The notes: generated by a model not told the origin, from the letters alone. A stretch of 63,427 bases of DNA, filler included, from Choristocarpus tenellus KU-1152 (GCA_964200185.2; 12 parts of 12 records of this genome joined end to end with filler, not necessarily neighbours in it); one strand, 5' to 3'. Positions 1-12,783 are shown, counted from the first letter of the whole stretch. Numbers and translations: made by a program.

Positions 1-3000
1 GGGTGGACTGGTTATGACTGTACAACACCAATTTGCGAGGTGACTGAAATGACCCCACCCAACCCCTCCAAAAATTTCTTAGTTATTTCCCTAAGGATGA
101 GTCAAGGATTAGTCAGTGACTTCAGCAGTTGAAGAAATGTCCCCTAAAGTGATCTCTGAGTCTCATCTACGGTACAATATAGTCTATGCACCACCGTGTT
201 GCAGATCATGTTACGTTATGGACAAGACTCTATCACCTGACTCACAAATTCTTTCCCTCAACAACTATCATCTCCTTTCATTGTGTCCCTTCCCTGTTTC
301 ACTCCACTTAACACACACCTTGGCTTCATTCTTGTGCATTCAATTTCCTTTAATGAAAAGAGTCAAAGCATTTAAGAAGATAGGAGTTCTGCATGTTTGC
401 CCATTTAGGGCTTGGCTTCCCACGGGGTTTTTTGCCCTTTTTCGGTTTTCTGTGCGAACACAATTACAACGTAGAGGGAGTAAAATGTATACGACTATGA
501 AAGGCGTGTCTGGAGCAATGATTCTGACACTTGCTGACAGCCACAATAGCCAGAATTCATAAAAATCACAACGTTGGATTTACGACCCCCAATGGACACG
601 GCCCTACCCTCTTGAATGCTTTTGGGTCAAAATTCTAAGCACACTGTGCTGCTGTAGTAAAGACCTCCACCTCTGCAAGATTACAAGAACTGTTGTTACA
701 AGCAAAGATATTTGATTGGGTGGTGCAACAGATGGTTGAGTGTGAACTACCACAAGAAACATCACAACCTTGACCTCCTCGGAAATGCTCACCAGACTAC
801 TCCAAATCCTTGAATAGGAATTACAAAAATGGTGGAGAATTTACCAGACTTTGCAGTAGTGACTGGTTGCCATGCGTGTCATTTCTAGGCAGATAGTGAA
901 TGAAAGTATCTTAGAGGGTACGAGTTTTGCCCTGTTTGTCCATTTGGGGCTTGGCTTCCCTCGGGGTTTTTTTGACATTTTCCCACTCCAAATAATTTCG
1001 GAGTAGGTAAAATGCTTATGTTATGAAAAGGTGTGTCCGGAACAAGGATATTGACACTTCCTAACGAACACGATAGGCGAAATTACATCAAAATTGCAAC
1101 ATTGGATTTTGCCCCCCAAATGGACGCGGCTCTACCCTCTAAGATACTTTGGCTCTAGTATAATCTCAATAAAGGCAACCTCGAGAGAGTTTGTATCATT
1201 TTCCCCTGGACTGTTCATCTTGAATCCTTTGAAACACTTAAAGTACAATATACGGTGTGCTCCATGCGGTATGAGTTTCCAAGACGGTGGCAGATATGAG
1301 GACAAGGATTAACCTGGACACAGTAGACGAGGAGAGGGTGGTTGCCTTCGAGGCCGATCCGTGCACCATGGCTGAACGATATGCTGCAGTGGAGTACAAG
1401 GGAGCAAACTACAACAGGCAAGTGCTGGGGATGGGAGTGGAAGTGGCCGTGACAAGAGTTTTAAATTGTGAGGTTTGGGACTGGTGTTTGTATGTGGAAA
1501 TGATTATGCTCATTCAGTGAACATCCACAATAGCAATTACATCTCCTCATGCTCAACCTCCTTGTCTCTTGCCCCCACCCCAATTTCTCTCTTGTAGCTG
1601 GAAGAGACAGTAGATGGCGTCCATAGCATTTTATGCTCAAAATATGTTGTTGAGTCTGCCTTGGCTACAAGCAATACTACATCCAAATACCTACTGGTGC
1701 TAGCGTCAGCAAGCTCAGTAACTCAATGTACCAACTTGTCCCACCTTGAGCACAGGGGAAACTGCACAGCACCAAACCAGTGCACTTGCCTTTGCTGGGA
1801 TGAATATGATGTGGATGAGTGCTATGAGGAGAAGACCAACTGTGACGGTCCTTGGCAGGTACACTTCCCCATTCACCATCCTCCATTTCAATTCCCTTTC
1901 TCCTTTTCCCCATGAGTGTCCTGTTCTGCCACCAGTAAAAGCTTTCTACAAGCGCAACCTATAGTTGTCTTACCACAACATCATGTCTTCTAATGCGTAG
2001 ACACATTTTCTTGGTGTTGATTATGCTTTCATTCACTCTAGGCGGTGTTTATTTATACTCCCTATCACGAAGAGCCTTGAACCCATAAAAGTTGCTCTTA
2101 AAACGACTCATTTAGGATATGACGTACTTCATATGTACTTTCAATTTACATATCTTCAGGCACCTTCACCCATGAACAATTGGAGAACTGGAGAAATTGC
2201 CCTATGATCCCACAGCCCTAATTTTTCATGTACCCACGCACCAACATATTTCATGGAATGTAGAAAAGGCTAGGATGGTCACTGCTGCTGCTAGCAGCCA
2301 GTTGTGTGAACCAGCTTAGACTCCAATAACGGATGGCAAAATGTATTCATTCAAGATGTAAAGCTTCAAATTTCACTCTCCAAGACGTAGCTTTCCTTGA
2401 CCTGAAATTTGAACCCATACCTTTTTCTCCCACATGCACTATATGACTCTCTAGGACCCTTTAGTGGATTATCGAGATGTCCTCCCAGTTACATACCTCT
2501 TTGGGACCAGGAGATGTTGGAATGGTTATGAGGGCAACCTGGATGATGAGGATCACTTCGTCACATGCCACTACAATATCTACATACCCACATGGGTAGA
2601 GAAACACTCAGTGGGGCTAATCATCGGGTAAATGGTGGTGTTATAGATTGCAGGAAGGGAGGGGGAGGGTTAAAATGGACGATGTTATGGCGTATCATGG
2701 GATATTCTGGTTTGAAAGCTCTGCTGTACTTCCTGTGATCCTCTGTGTTCTTTCTGAGAGTCCAGAGTTTGCTGCTCAATCTACCTTCCCGAGATACCTG
2801 TAAGGAAGTGTGAACGGCATCATGGCAATAATAGCCTGGGCATCTTTGTGCTTGAACTACCACATGAATTCTATATGAGTTGCTCTGCCGAGTGCGTATG
2901 CTCAACACTCACATGAATTTACTCCAACTGTTGAGTGCTTGCAATAGTGTGAATGTGCCAACATCAACTAGCAGTAATAGGCGAAGAAATGGCGACACAG

Positions 3001-3284
3001 GTAGTGCATTTGCTTCTTTCGAGAGCTTGGTTCTGCCACATTTTTCCTGACCAAACTGCTGTTCTCCATCCTGCACTCCACATCCCTTCTAACCGATCTC
3101 CATGCTGTCATGCAGAGGGGCTTTCCTCGGTTTCTTTTCAAGCATTATCTACTTTCTCCTTAGGAGGCGTTTCAAGCGACGCTTACTACAGGCAAAGATG
3201 GAGAGGCGACAGAGCAGACGGAACTCAGAATTGGCCCAGTTGGCCACAATGCAGCCACATGCCTTCGCTCACCGGGATGAATAG
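1..3284 (+). CDS. 3' portion of an EGF-like-repeat type I membrane protein (5' end outside window); exons <1-39, 1284-1417, 1756-1858, 2455-2627, 3116-3284
   Basis: Exons join in consistent phase: GWTGYDCTTPICE / TVADMRTRINLDTVDEERVVAFEADPC...NYNR / GNCTAPNQCTCLCWDEY...DGPWQ / DPLVDYRD...CHYNIYIPTWVEKHSVGLIIG / GAFLGFFSSIIYFLLRRRFKRR...RDE*. EGF-like Cys motifs, then a hydrophobic TM segment and a basic stop-transfer run. The donor at 1418 is GC (GCAAGT). Confidence 0.85.
360..628 (-). mobile_element. MITE family A, diverged subfamily (Sola2-like non-autonomous)
   Basis: Internal sequence matches family A; termini GAGTCAAAGCATT...AATGCTTTTGGGTC; flanked by AAAA/AAAA (4-bp TSD, low complexity). 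Confidence 0.75.
898..1155 (-). mobile_element. MITE family A (~257 bp, Sola2-like non-autonomous)
   Basis: TIRs GAATGAAAGTATCTTAGAGGGTA...TACCCTCTAAGATACTTTGGCTC; 4-bp TSD TAGT/TAGT; lies in an intron of the EGF-like gene. Confidence 0.9.
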
Positions 3285-4327
3285 GCAAATTAGTAGAATT
3301 GTTTTTCAAGTATGATGTTAGCTGTATCTAACTAGTGCCAGAGTTAGGGCTACTGTAGGGACGAAGGTGGAGAACATTCTGGGAGGGCTGTTGGTCAGAG
3401 CTAGAGACTGCTGTTGAGTCGCACCTGTCACTGAGCCCTTTGACACCATGGATCCACACTCCACATTCTCGAAATCAGAATTCTTGCTTACTATATTTCG
3501 GAGTACAACTTCAATAATGGCATCCCTAGAGGAAGTCCTTGACAGTATCCTGAGAATATGATCTTGACAAAAATAATGATGTGTTACTCTGTGCATGTGT
3601 AGTGTCTCTGCATGTTGAAGGACCTTGGTATTGCAATTTACAGCCATACCTAGTGAGTCGCTTAATAGTCTAAAGCGATACATCTCATCAATTTTCCTAC
3701 CAACTGATAAGAAGAGGATCTTTCAATGATAGTTCAATTAATACTGGTCTGATATACATGGAGGTTCAAGTAATAAAATTGCTTCTTGAGTGAAAAACTG
3801 TGTGAAAACTGGGTTTAAATACTTGCTTGTAGTGTTTTATGGATAGCGCAACGCAAGTGTTAACAGTCCTGGTTCTGTGTGATGGGGGGTGATGACAACC
3901 ACCAGAGATGAGGTTCAGAAAGGAAGCGAGAGATGAGGCTGAGGCATGCTGGGCGTATGTTGACAGCCTCAGAATGCCATGTGGATCAATCGTCACTGTG
4001 ATTGGTTGTGACCAGTCAGAACAGAAAACACATATCGGGCTTTTGCTGATTTGAACCCACCGTTCATGTCAGGATCACCGAGAGCCGGTCGTGCCTCTAA
4101 CCCACACCACATCACTTGGGCTGGCCTCAATGGCAAAAGGTGGCGCGCACAAATGTATATGACTGCGCGCATTATCCTCATCAATGTCGGGAGATCCCAA
4201 AAAGGCGACCTGTCCCTGACACAAGCAAGCATACACTTGTATGAATATTGCATACAAAACACCTGAATACACAGTACTTTCAAGCAGTGGATAGAATATC
4301 AATGGTAGTGATTGTGCACAAATGTAA

Positions 4328-4587
4328 GAGTCAAAGTAAACGAGAGGTACCCAAAGATGCATTTTGAGAAAGCTGGCAAACGTGTGCAAATTTGAGTTTT
4401 TTACAAATGCGGATTGGAACTTTTCTGAATTATACTGAAAAGATCCAAACAATTGAGAAATCGACGGTCTCAAGTCAAGCTTAGTACTTCTTCCATATTT
4501 CTATGGATGAATTGCGAAAAGCTCGAAAAAAACTGGCTCAAAATAAAAAATGAACAAAACCTGGGTACCTCTCATTTACTTCCACTC
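4328..4587 (+). mobile_element. MITE family D (~260 bp, GAGTCAAAGTAAAC termini)
   Basis: ~26-bp imperfect TIR GAGTCAAAGTAAACGAGAGGTACCCA / TGGGTACCTCTCATTTACTTCCACTC; similar copies at 4600-4858 and ~8660-8907. No clear TSD. Confidence 0.8.
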
Positions 4588-4599
4588 TAGTGATGGTCT

Positions 4600-4858
4600 G
4601 AGTCAAAGTAAACAAGAGATACCCAGGGTTGTATTATTAGGATGCTTTGAAAAATGTGCAAATTTTGTCTTTCTTTAAAAACGCTTACAGGATATTTACC
4701 TAATTGTGTCCAAATGTTTCTAACAATAGAGAAATCAACGCTCTCAAGTCGAATTTAGCACATCATCCACAGAAGTACTGGTGAATTATTAAAGAGTATA
4801 AACCGACTTTAAATGCAAAACGGCCAAAACCTGGGTAAATTTCACACATTTGGCCCTC
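4600..4858 (+). mobile_element. MITE family D, second more diverged copy 12 bp downstream of the first
   Basis: Starts GAGTCAAAGTAAACAAGAGATACCCA; shares the internal GAGAAATCRACG.TCTCAAGTC motif; degenerate right TIR. Confidence 0.7.
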
Positions 4859-6299
4859 CATTTATGCCACAGTAAGTGGTCGAACAAAAAACAAGTGAAG
4901 GCTCCACAGTTAATTGAACTGTACCTGGGCAGCAGGGTTGCACAGTGAACATAGTATTGAAATCGCACCAATGTGTGCGTGTATGTGCCATGTATGTCCG
5001 TACAAAGAGCAAAAAAAAAAATGATTGCCAACTTTCACATAATAATTTTTCCTCATTCTGACAAATGAGTGACTAAGAGAACTTAAAATGACTGCATTCA
5101 TACGTTTAACAGAGAATATACTCAAAACGCTGAACAATATTTCCTCCATGATCCTACGATAGAAATAGCAATGCTGCAAGACTTCCAAAAAATGGCCTCT
5201 AAACAAGTGTTTCATCAGTATGTATTTATTACATATTTACTGTTTTACGAGTTTGAAGGGTTTGGTGGATGGAAATATGGTTTGCTCGAAATATACTCTG
5301 ACGTACTAGATCAGAATTGGAATAGGCTCTCAGATGCAAGGTGAGGTGTACAAAGTACCAAGCTTCACAGTACAACGCAACCAGATCGCATATACACACA
5401 AGAAAACAACCAATTGAATACAACTCCATTTTCAATATCACACTTGTTCAATTTTGGACCATACAAAACATTGAGTGGGCAATGTATCCCACATTTTTTT
5501 GTGGCGGAAGTTGATATAAACTGGGCCAATCTCCTCACTTTATCGAAAACAGTTTCTCGTGCACAAGAAAGTGTGGGATGGTAACCTTTGTATTCCAAGT
5601 GAAAAATGGAGGGGGTAGGACTCTTGCAATCCCAAAAACCCATCAACAGAAAAATGAAATGTATTCAACTCATAGCAAGAGGTATCACATCGGTCAACTC
5701 TCCACAAGGAAGGGTGGATCAAGGGCACAATAAATCTTGTCACGTACTCATACATGTACCAATATCATTCTTTACATTGTGGCTTTATTCATCCCTAATA
5801 CTCGGGATATAATAAACCAGGGAAAAAAATGTAAGAAAACTTTCTTCCTTTACACTTTTCTTACAATTAGGGTCACAGTTAAGCAGACGCACTATCTTCT
5901 TTTAAAGCCAGATCCTGTTTCAAAATGAGTTTGTACCATATTATTTAATGCCCACTGACGTTTTGGAGATGTATTGTCGTAGGGGGACAATAAGAAACGT
6001 GCAAGGCAGAAAATACTAAACAGGAACAAGGCCTACTGCTTACAATAAACACCTCCAAACTCGCCAACAACAGTGTTTCTCAGGACATTTTAAAACAACA
6101 AACCAACTCCATTAATTTAATCGTAGCGATTCCAACCTACCAAGGGCAAGGGATGCTGTTGCAATCACACTGAACGGCATCAAGACAATTTATTCCCTAA
6201 GTACACATCCTAGCGGAATGATTCCAGTCCTCAAGACCAAAGAGAACCACACAAGCGTCTCAGGTAGTTGTAATGGCCTTTGGATGAGCAGTAATTGGG

Positions 6300-6448
6300 G
6301 GGTCAAAGTATCTGGGGGGNNNNNNNNNNNNNNNNNNNNNNNNNNNNNNNNNNNNNNNNNNNNTTAATTAATTAANNNNNNNNNNNNNNNNNNNNNNNNN
6401 NNNNNNNNNNNNNNNNNNNCACCCCCCCCCCCAAGATACTTTGACCCG
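6300..6448. mobile_element. Ends of MITE family C on each side of a spacer
   Basis: GGGTCAAAGTATCTGGGGGG before the gap and CCCCCAAGATACTTTGACCC after it; the flanks (TGGG vs GAAC) do not form a TSD, so these may be two different copies. Confidence 0.7.
6320..6419. other. Artificial 100-bp contig spacer N44-TTAATTAATTAA-N44; also at 10923-11022, 14186-14285, 17268-17367, 19972-20071, 36388-36487, 39555-39654, 44574-44673, 48117-48216, 53508-53607, 59201-59300
   Basis: Eleven identical spacers; TTAATTAATTAA places stop codons in all six frames and is a standard concatenation linker. Confidence 0.97.
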
Positions 6449-7049
6449 AACACAGAATTGTTGCAAAGCTTCCTGGAATCTCACTCGTTCGTGGTCTTGA
6501 TTTCTTCCTCCTGCCATCATGTCAGCCAAGCACCCGTTTGTCTCAAACCACTCTTAATGTGGATAACAAGGCACAAGCGTCGCCACCATGGGTGTGGTAT
6601 GGGTGGTTCATAAAAAAACTGAACATTTCGCATTCGCTGTTTCAACTACCAGCTTCTCCCCATGAGGTACCCATCCTGCCTACAACCCACCACTGACCTT
6701 GTGGATCTGAAACAATGCGATTTACCAACATATCCCTTGAACTTGATACCATTGGTTCTCTTGTACCCCGAGTATGGCGCAGCCTGTATAACCATTGTCT
6801 TCTGAGCTATGGTGGCGTCCCAATGTGCTTACCAACAAAGTTTGAAATCCTCCACTCCCCGTCTTTGTTAGAAAATAGCCTGTTGGCGCAGATAGCAACA
6901 GTTGCAGATTTGAAATTAGACAATTGACACCTATTTTGTCAGAGAGCAAATGTTCAAACCATTCGAAGAGAATGTCTACCATAGCCTTCGCTATCCAGCT
7001 TTCCTGCAAGATATCTCACACTTCTCGTTCGAACAACCGAATAACTGCT

Positions 7050-7650
7050 ATGCCACGGATGAAAAGACACTAACACAAAAAAATGTGAAGAAAGGAAAGA
7101 AAAACTACGGCAACGGACACAAGAAATCCATCCAGAAAGAGAATACAGTGATAAAAATTATATTAACAGAAAGCAGTGTTGGATGTGGTGTTGTTGGGGT
7201 CTTGGGAGACCTTACTTAGCTGCTGCTTTAGCTTGGCGTATAGTAGTTATCATTACTTCCTTGGAATGCCACTCTCTCACGAAGCTCGTTGCACCAGCAG
7301 CTGCACATTCATACTAATTCTGTTAGTAGAGACTCTAGTAGTGCCCCAAATCTCAATAAGCTCAAACTTCTCAAAGTCACCACAGAGGCATATCCACCAG
7401 TTCTTCTCCTATTATCTATGCTTCCATCTCCCAGATGCAAGTTCCCCAAACATCAAAACATCCTTGGAAGTCGTTCATCCCCCATTAATGCAACTGACCC
7501 AGCAAAGGACGAAATTGTGATGATGAAAACGGAGCTTCAGATATTGAAACTGACGGAGTGTCCATGTCATGCAACCATGTAACAAGTCTTCAAGCGCTTC
7601 ATCCTTGATGATAGCATTCGAATCCCAAGCATTAAGTTATACACCTGAGA
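7050..7650 (-). mobile_element. Highly decayed Ty1/copia RNase H / 3' remnant
   Basis: Minus strand reads DRRRTGGYASVV...LESLLTELV, resembling copia RNase H (DRRSTSGY...ALSTTEAE); segment ~7180-7290 resembles ~8450-8540 and, inverted, ~24130-24220. Confidence 0.45.
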
Positions 7651-8659
7651 TCCTGTCATATAGCATCTGACTAATTATACCATCAGCCCCAAGATCTCTG
7701 GATCTTCCGACTGGTAGCAGTGAAATTGGCGTTGTCACTGATAGTTCCCTTGAGGTAAGCTTATCAGTCTGTTACTAGTGCCTGGATTTGCATCCTGTAC
7801 TGAGGAGGCTGAATACACATGGTCTCCATCTTCAGTGCAGAGATGATCAGACCAAACAGGGCTGTCACCCGTTGACTGCATATATGTATGTCCAATTTAC
7901 CAAATCCTCCTGTCATCGAGTTTTAAATAGAAGTGTATAGCCTGGTGTGGTGCCGACTAATCCGGAAATTTACCATTTACCATCAACTTGGATATCAGCA
8001 CTTGGCAGAGCAGTATGATGTTACATAGTTACCCCTGAAATGTAAAAGTAATTGCACATACACTCTCGACAGGTTTTCTCTTAATCGTACCATACCATCA
8101 ACTGAACTGAAGCCCTGCATGCTCAAAACAATGCTTGGCGTGCACATTTCCAGGCTTAGTACTACTATATATTATTCCTCATCGCATTAGTCTGAGGGAT
8201 GTGAGGCTCGTGATCAAAAAGTTGGTCAAAAGAAGGCAAAAGATGCCGCTCTTGAAAATTCTGTACCAACCGAAAAAGAAAAACAAAGTAGTTGGCGAAG
8301 AGAAGGAAAAAAATAAAATAGAGAAATTCAACAGGTGAAAAAGCAATACAACAAAGAGAGGGGAAGAGAAGAAATAAAATGAACAAGGGACGCAAGGAAT
8401 TCAACACAGGAAGATAATACAATGAGAAACCAACATTTAGGAGACAGTAGTGATGGTGGTGATGTTGTTTTGACTTGAGCGACGTTAGCTTCTTCTTTGG
8501 TATGGCATAGATCAGCTACTACAGCTTGCTTGAAATGTCACCCTGAAATAAAGCTTGATGAGTAAGGGGGGGGGGGGTTAGGGTCTCACCTCTAACTTTT
8601 TTCCATCTGTTTTTATGGTAGATTGACCGACCTTATCATTATTTCTTGTGTGAAGCTAT

Positions 8660-8907
8660 GATGTGAAGTAAACCAGAGATACCCAAAGTTGCATTTTGTG
8701 GATGCTGACAAATGTCCAAAATTCGACTTTTGTACAAATACATAAATTGACTTTTCCAAGTTTTTCGAAACGTTTCAAACAATGGAGAAATCGATGATCT
8801 CAAGTTGGTCTTAGCACTTCATGCATAGAAATAAGGATGATTTGAAAAAGATGGGAAATTGAAGAAAAATGCACTAAAACATGGGTACATCTCATTTACT
8901 TTGGCTC
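8660..8907 (+). mobile_element. MITE family D, third copy
   Basis: GTGAAGTAAACCAGAGATACCCA...TGGGTACATCTCATTTACTTTGGCTC; internal similarity to 4328-4587. Confidence 0.7.
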
Positions 8908-9486
8908 AATGAAGGATGATAGGTGCAAGTTAGGGCACTTTAATGGGGGCATTCACCACGTGATTCCTATATATTTTTGTGGCTCTGTGTACGAGGGTGA
9001 CTCCCACATACATGGCAAGCCTTTCTGAATCCTACACCTGATCTCAGCAGTGATAGCATTACTACTGATGGACCCCCAATTGGGAGGAATCTTGTTGTCT
9101 ACTCGTAGGTCTGGTCCAGTACCTGGATCTGCATGGTTTCTGCAGCCTAATTAGGAGGCCGAAGACATATGGTGCCCATCTTTAATGATGACACAGTCCG
9201 ACCGAATTATCTGGTCACCCTCACAATGTCACGACCATCCTATTCAAACCTCTTTGGGTCTCTTGGACACAACACTTGCAACATCAGCAAAAATCATATC
9301 CCACAGGAGTTGCTCAAGTCTTATCCCACTCCATGGTACTCCTCCTCCTCTGATCTGGTTGTTTGTGGGTGCTCCTTTGATGACAACAAAGTCCTTGGAA
9401 ATACATGGGTCAGAGGTCAACTTAACTGCAAAAAATACCACTCCGGTGTAGGAGATTTTGATTAGGATAGTAGCAAGAACACACCT

Positions 9487-9900
9487 CTACCGAAGACCCT
9501 GTTCAACCTCGACCCATTCTTTCCACTCACTATCATCCACGCGAATCATTGCCCTCATTCTATCAAGGAATCGGCGGATGACATAAGAACTCATTGTAGA
9601 TACACCAAATTTGGTCAGCACAACCCGCAGGAGAAAGCGATGAACAGGGACGTATTCTTTCTGCAGATCGATGAAATACATTAGTAGGGGTAATTTTTTT
9701 TCCTGACCAAGCTCTTGGAGAGCATGTACGACAGTGTATATCATGTCCACTGTGGAGTGTCCTGGTATGAAAACGATCTGTTCCTCAAGAAGTTCTCCCT
9801 TCTTTCGGGAAAATTTCCCAGCCTTCGAGCAACAAGCGTGAGAAGGAGTTTGTCAGGATTTGCTACCAATGAGATGTACCTGTTGTGACAACCAGTGCGT
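9487..9900 (-). mobile_element. RTE-clade LINE reverse transcriptase fragment (pseudogenised)
   Basis: STVDMIY...LQELGQEKKLPLLMYFIDLQKEY..VHRFLLRVVLTKFGV...VIRRFLDRMRAMIRVDDSEWKEWVEVEQGLR matches RTE RT motifs (FIDLQKAYDSV; V.QGLRQG); ends in a stop. Confidence 0.85.
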
Positions 9901-11934
9901 TTTTGCTCTTGTGGAGCAAGGTGGTGATGACGACGCTAAACTAATGGTGGAAATGAGTGTGAACAACAAAATGTAAAAACATGTGGCTAATAGAGAAAGA
10001 ACTTGGAAGGCTTTAACGTAATACCACAGCTCCAAAAGACCAACGAAATGGTCGAGGAATCCTGACAAAAGCATCATAAAATTTGAGAGGGAAAACGAGG
10101 GTGAAAATCGAGTTACTTGGGCACATAGGTAATACCCTGGAATCCTTCAGTAAATAAGAAACGGAGTGGTCGAGCTGAAGGCCCCGTAAAGAGGATTGCA
10201 GGTTTTGTTGGAGGGATGCATTAGGGCATGAGAGGAAAGTAGTTATTTGCTCTGAATCTTTCCACCGTCCCTATCTCTATGTCTAGGAAGTGTATTCAGT
10301 CTTCCACTGTAACCAAGGTCTAGACTATTTTTCTTTCTCTTTTATTAGCGACTTTGAGTATTGCCACAACAAGTGCGCAGTTAGAGACTGCTACTTCTGG
10401 TGGGCGAACATCTTGCTTTTTGGCAGTTTTCCCTCTTTTATACCCTAGCAGGCAATGACCTTATCGTTTTCCTCTCTACATTACAAAAACATGCAATGTA
10501 GCTTCAATTTCACTTCGGGATATGTGGGATGTTACTGAATGCACTAAGAGCAAGCCTAACCGTGCAGAGGACGGTTGATGCTCAAACCAAAATTATACAA
10601 AATTTCGACGTCAGTCGGTTACTGGCACTAAACCTTTTTGGCAACATACTGTGACTTGAACATCCCATTGCCAAACCCTTCCCCCTCCAGTCTCTGGACT
10701 CAAGGTATGATGATTATGTTTTGCAACTTCACGGCCATCCCGAACAATGTTCTGTCGCCCCCGTTATGTTCCCTATCACAGTCCAGGATAGGAGGGAGCT
10801 TGGGTGATACTAGAAGGTCTCTTGATAGAGACTAAGGAGGGCTTTGGGGGGGGGGGGGGAGGTTTGGGGAATGTAATCCGTGAGGGAGCTAGACGGGAAG
10901 GTGAGAGGTCAACAGTTACACANNNNNNNNNNNNNNNNNNNNNNNNNNNNNNNNNNNNNNNNNNNNTTAATTAATTAANNNNNNNNNNNNNNNNNNNNNN
11001 NNNNNNNNNNNNNNNNNNNNNNCCCCCCCCAGATACTTTGAGTCTTTGGCACATGGCAGACGCTGATACCGGAAAGGAAATAATAACTTCGAGTTTTGCG
11101 CGAGTTTGCCGGTTGGCCGGCTTATGCGAAATAAGCGGCAATGGTTGTAAGTGTACACAGACTCTCTGTGCAGTCAACTGAGAAGTGCATATGTGCGATT
11201 CTGATGCTGCGTGTGGTGTCGATGTGAAGGGAGTCTCGGATATGACATCACTTTGAATGGTATATATTGCGTGTTTGGTGTATAGGTGGGCAAGGGCCGT
11301 ACGGGTTGGGGTTGTCGCCAGTGGCAAACAGAGGCTGATCTTTGTGAGTGGGGGGGATCGTCATGTGGAGTGTGCCTACCTTTGTCACGATTGTCTGTCC
11401 GGGAGGAACCTTATGGTTATTGCGGTAGCACCACTCTTCCTCTGGTGTCGGATCCCTCAATGTGTATTGTGTTTTGGTTGCCTTGATTGTCTCAACTAGG
11501 GATGAGTTTCCTGGCATGCGCACCCCGTCTAGTTCCAGTCTCCTGGCAGTAGGCTTCGCCACAGCACTGACTCCATCGGACAAGGACTTGCCATGACAGG
11601 AGGCAAAGAAGTTGTGTACTTATGGAAATTCCAATCCGCGATAAAGACTGTGAAACCCCCCACATCTGCCATCTGTTCTTGAACTGAATCCCACAGCCAT
11701 CGGACCAGATGTGGAGGACCTCCTAGGGTCTGTCCGCGTATTCCCAGGCTAGAGGTATTAGGTGGTCATTCACAAACATCTCCATGGCGTTCTGGACGAA
11801 ATCGTTGTCTTGGCTTTGGTCCTCACTACACACCGTCATGCTGTGAGCCCAAACCCTTCCCTTCCCAATATTTCCCTCTTCTCTGAGATCCCTCAACTAC
11901 CAAACAATGGTCTGAAGCACCGTCAGGAATAGAT

Positions 11935-12191
11935 GAGCCAAAGTATCTTAGAGGGTAGAGCGGCGTCCATTTGGGGCCCAAAATCCAATTTTTCGAAATT
12001 GATGTAATTTTTGCTGTTGCATTTGTTAGGGAGTGTCAATATCCATGTTCTGGACACACCTTTTTATAACATAAACACTTTACCTACTCCTAGATATTTT
12101 AGAGTAGGAAAATGTCATAATGGACTCATGGGAAGCCAAGTCTCAAATGGACAAACAGGGCAAAATTCGTACCCTAAACATACTTTCACTC
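11935..12191 (+). mobile_element. MITE family A inserted in the Sola2 transposase
   Basis: GAGCCAAAGTATCTTAGAGGGTA...ATACTTTCACTC; TSD AGAT/AGAT. Confidence 0.92.
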
Positions 12192-12783
12192 AGATTGAAG
12201 AACTTTTGTTGTGTCAAGTCTTGGTGGTTGTGTTGAAGGCGGGCGCTGAAGTCCATGGACATGGCGGTGTGTCCTTTGGGGAGGCAGGATTTGCAGTGTT
12301 TGTATTGTTATGCCTGCCAAATGGTGGTGTTGTAATGACGAAAGAAGCTCTTGTCAAAGTTTGCAGATGACCTTTAGGAGTGTAGGGAATCCCTCCTTCC
12401 GTGGGAACAGCACCTGCATTGAATGGGCCAGGTGGTCGCGTTTCGAGCGTTAAAGCTGGTGATAAGTCGTGATGACGCAGGCTTTGTTGCGGTGTAGTCG
12501 CAAATGTTCGGTACTGTGGGTGGGAGTATCTGCCCGTTATTTGACGAATTCGTCGTGACACATTCAATGTATACTGCATTTATGTCCCGAAGGAGACTCT
12601 CGCTCACCTTTCACCTCCGGCTGTGCTTGTCCATAGACCCTGTGGCATCCTCGTCATCGTTCTCCTCGGTTCTGCTCCTCCTGAAGTCGGGGGCAGACTC
12701 TCCCACCGTGCACTTAGCGATAACGAAATCGTCAGTCATGAGATTATCCGCCCTCAGCTCTGCATATTTTGCCTCGATAATCT

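Noticed and set aside
116-562. 148-aa ORF and other ORFs overlapping MITEs (e.g. 12011-12370, 13011-13427, 52716-52952, 54742-55206)
   Set aside because: Chance frames through intron and non-autonomous repeat sequence.
3318-5755. Possible minus-strand gene (ORFs 3318-3683, 3993-4283 and small exon candidates)
   Set aside because: Could not build a phase-consistent exon chain or recognise a domain.
6364-6375. Recurrent TTAATTAATTAA palindrome as a biological repeat or CRISPR-like unit
   Set aside because: It always lies at the centre of a fixed 100-bp N block; it is an assembly linker.
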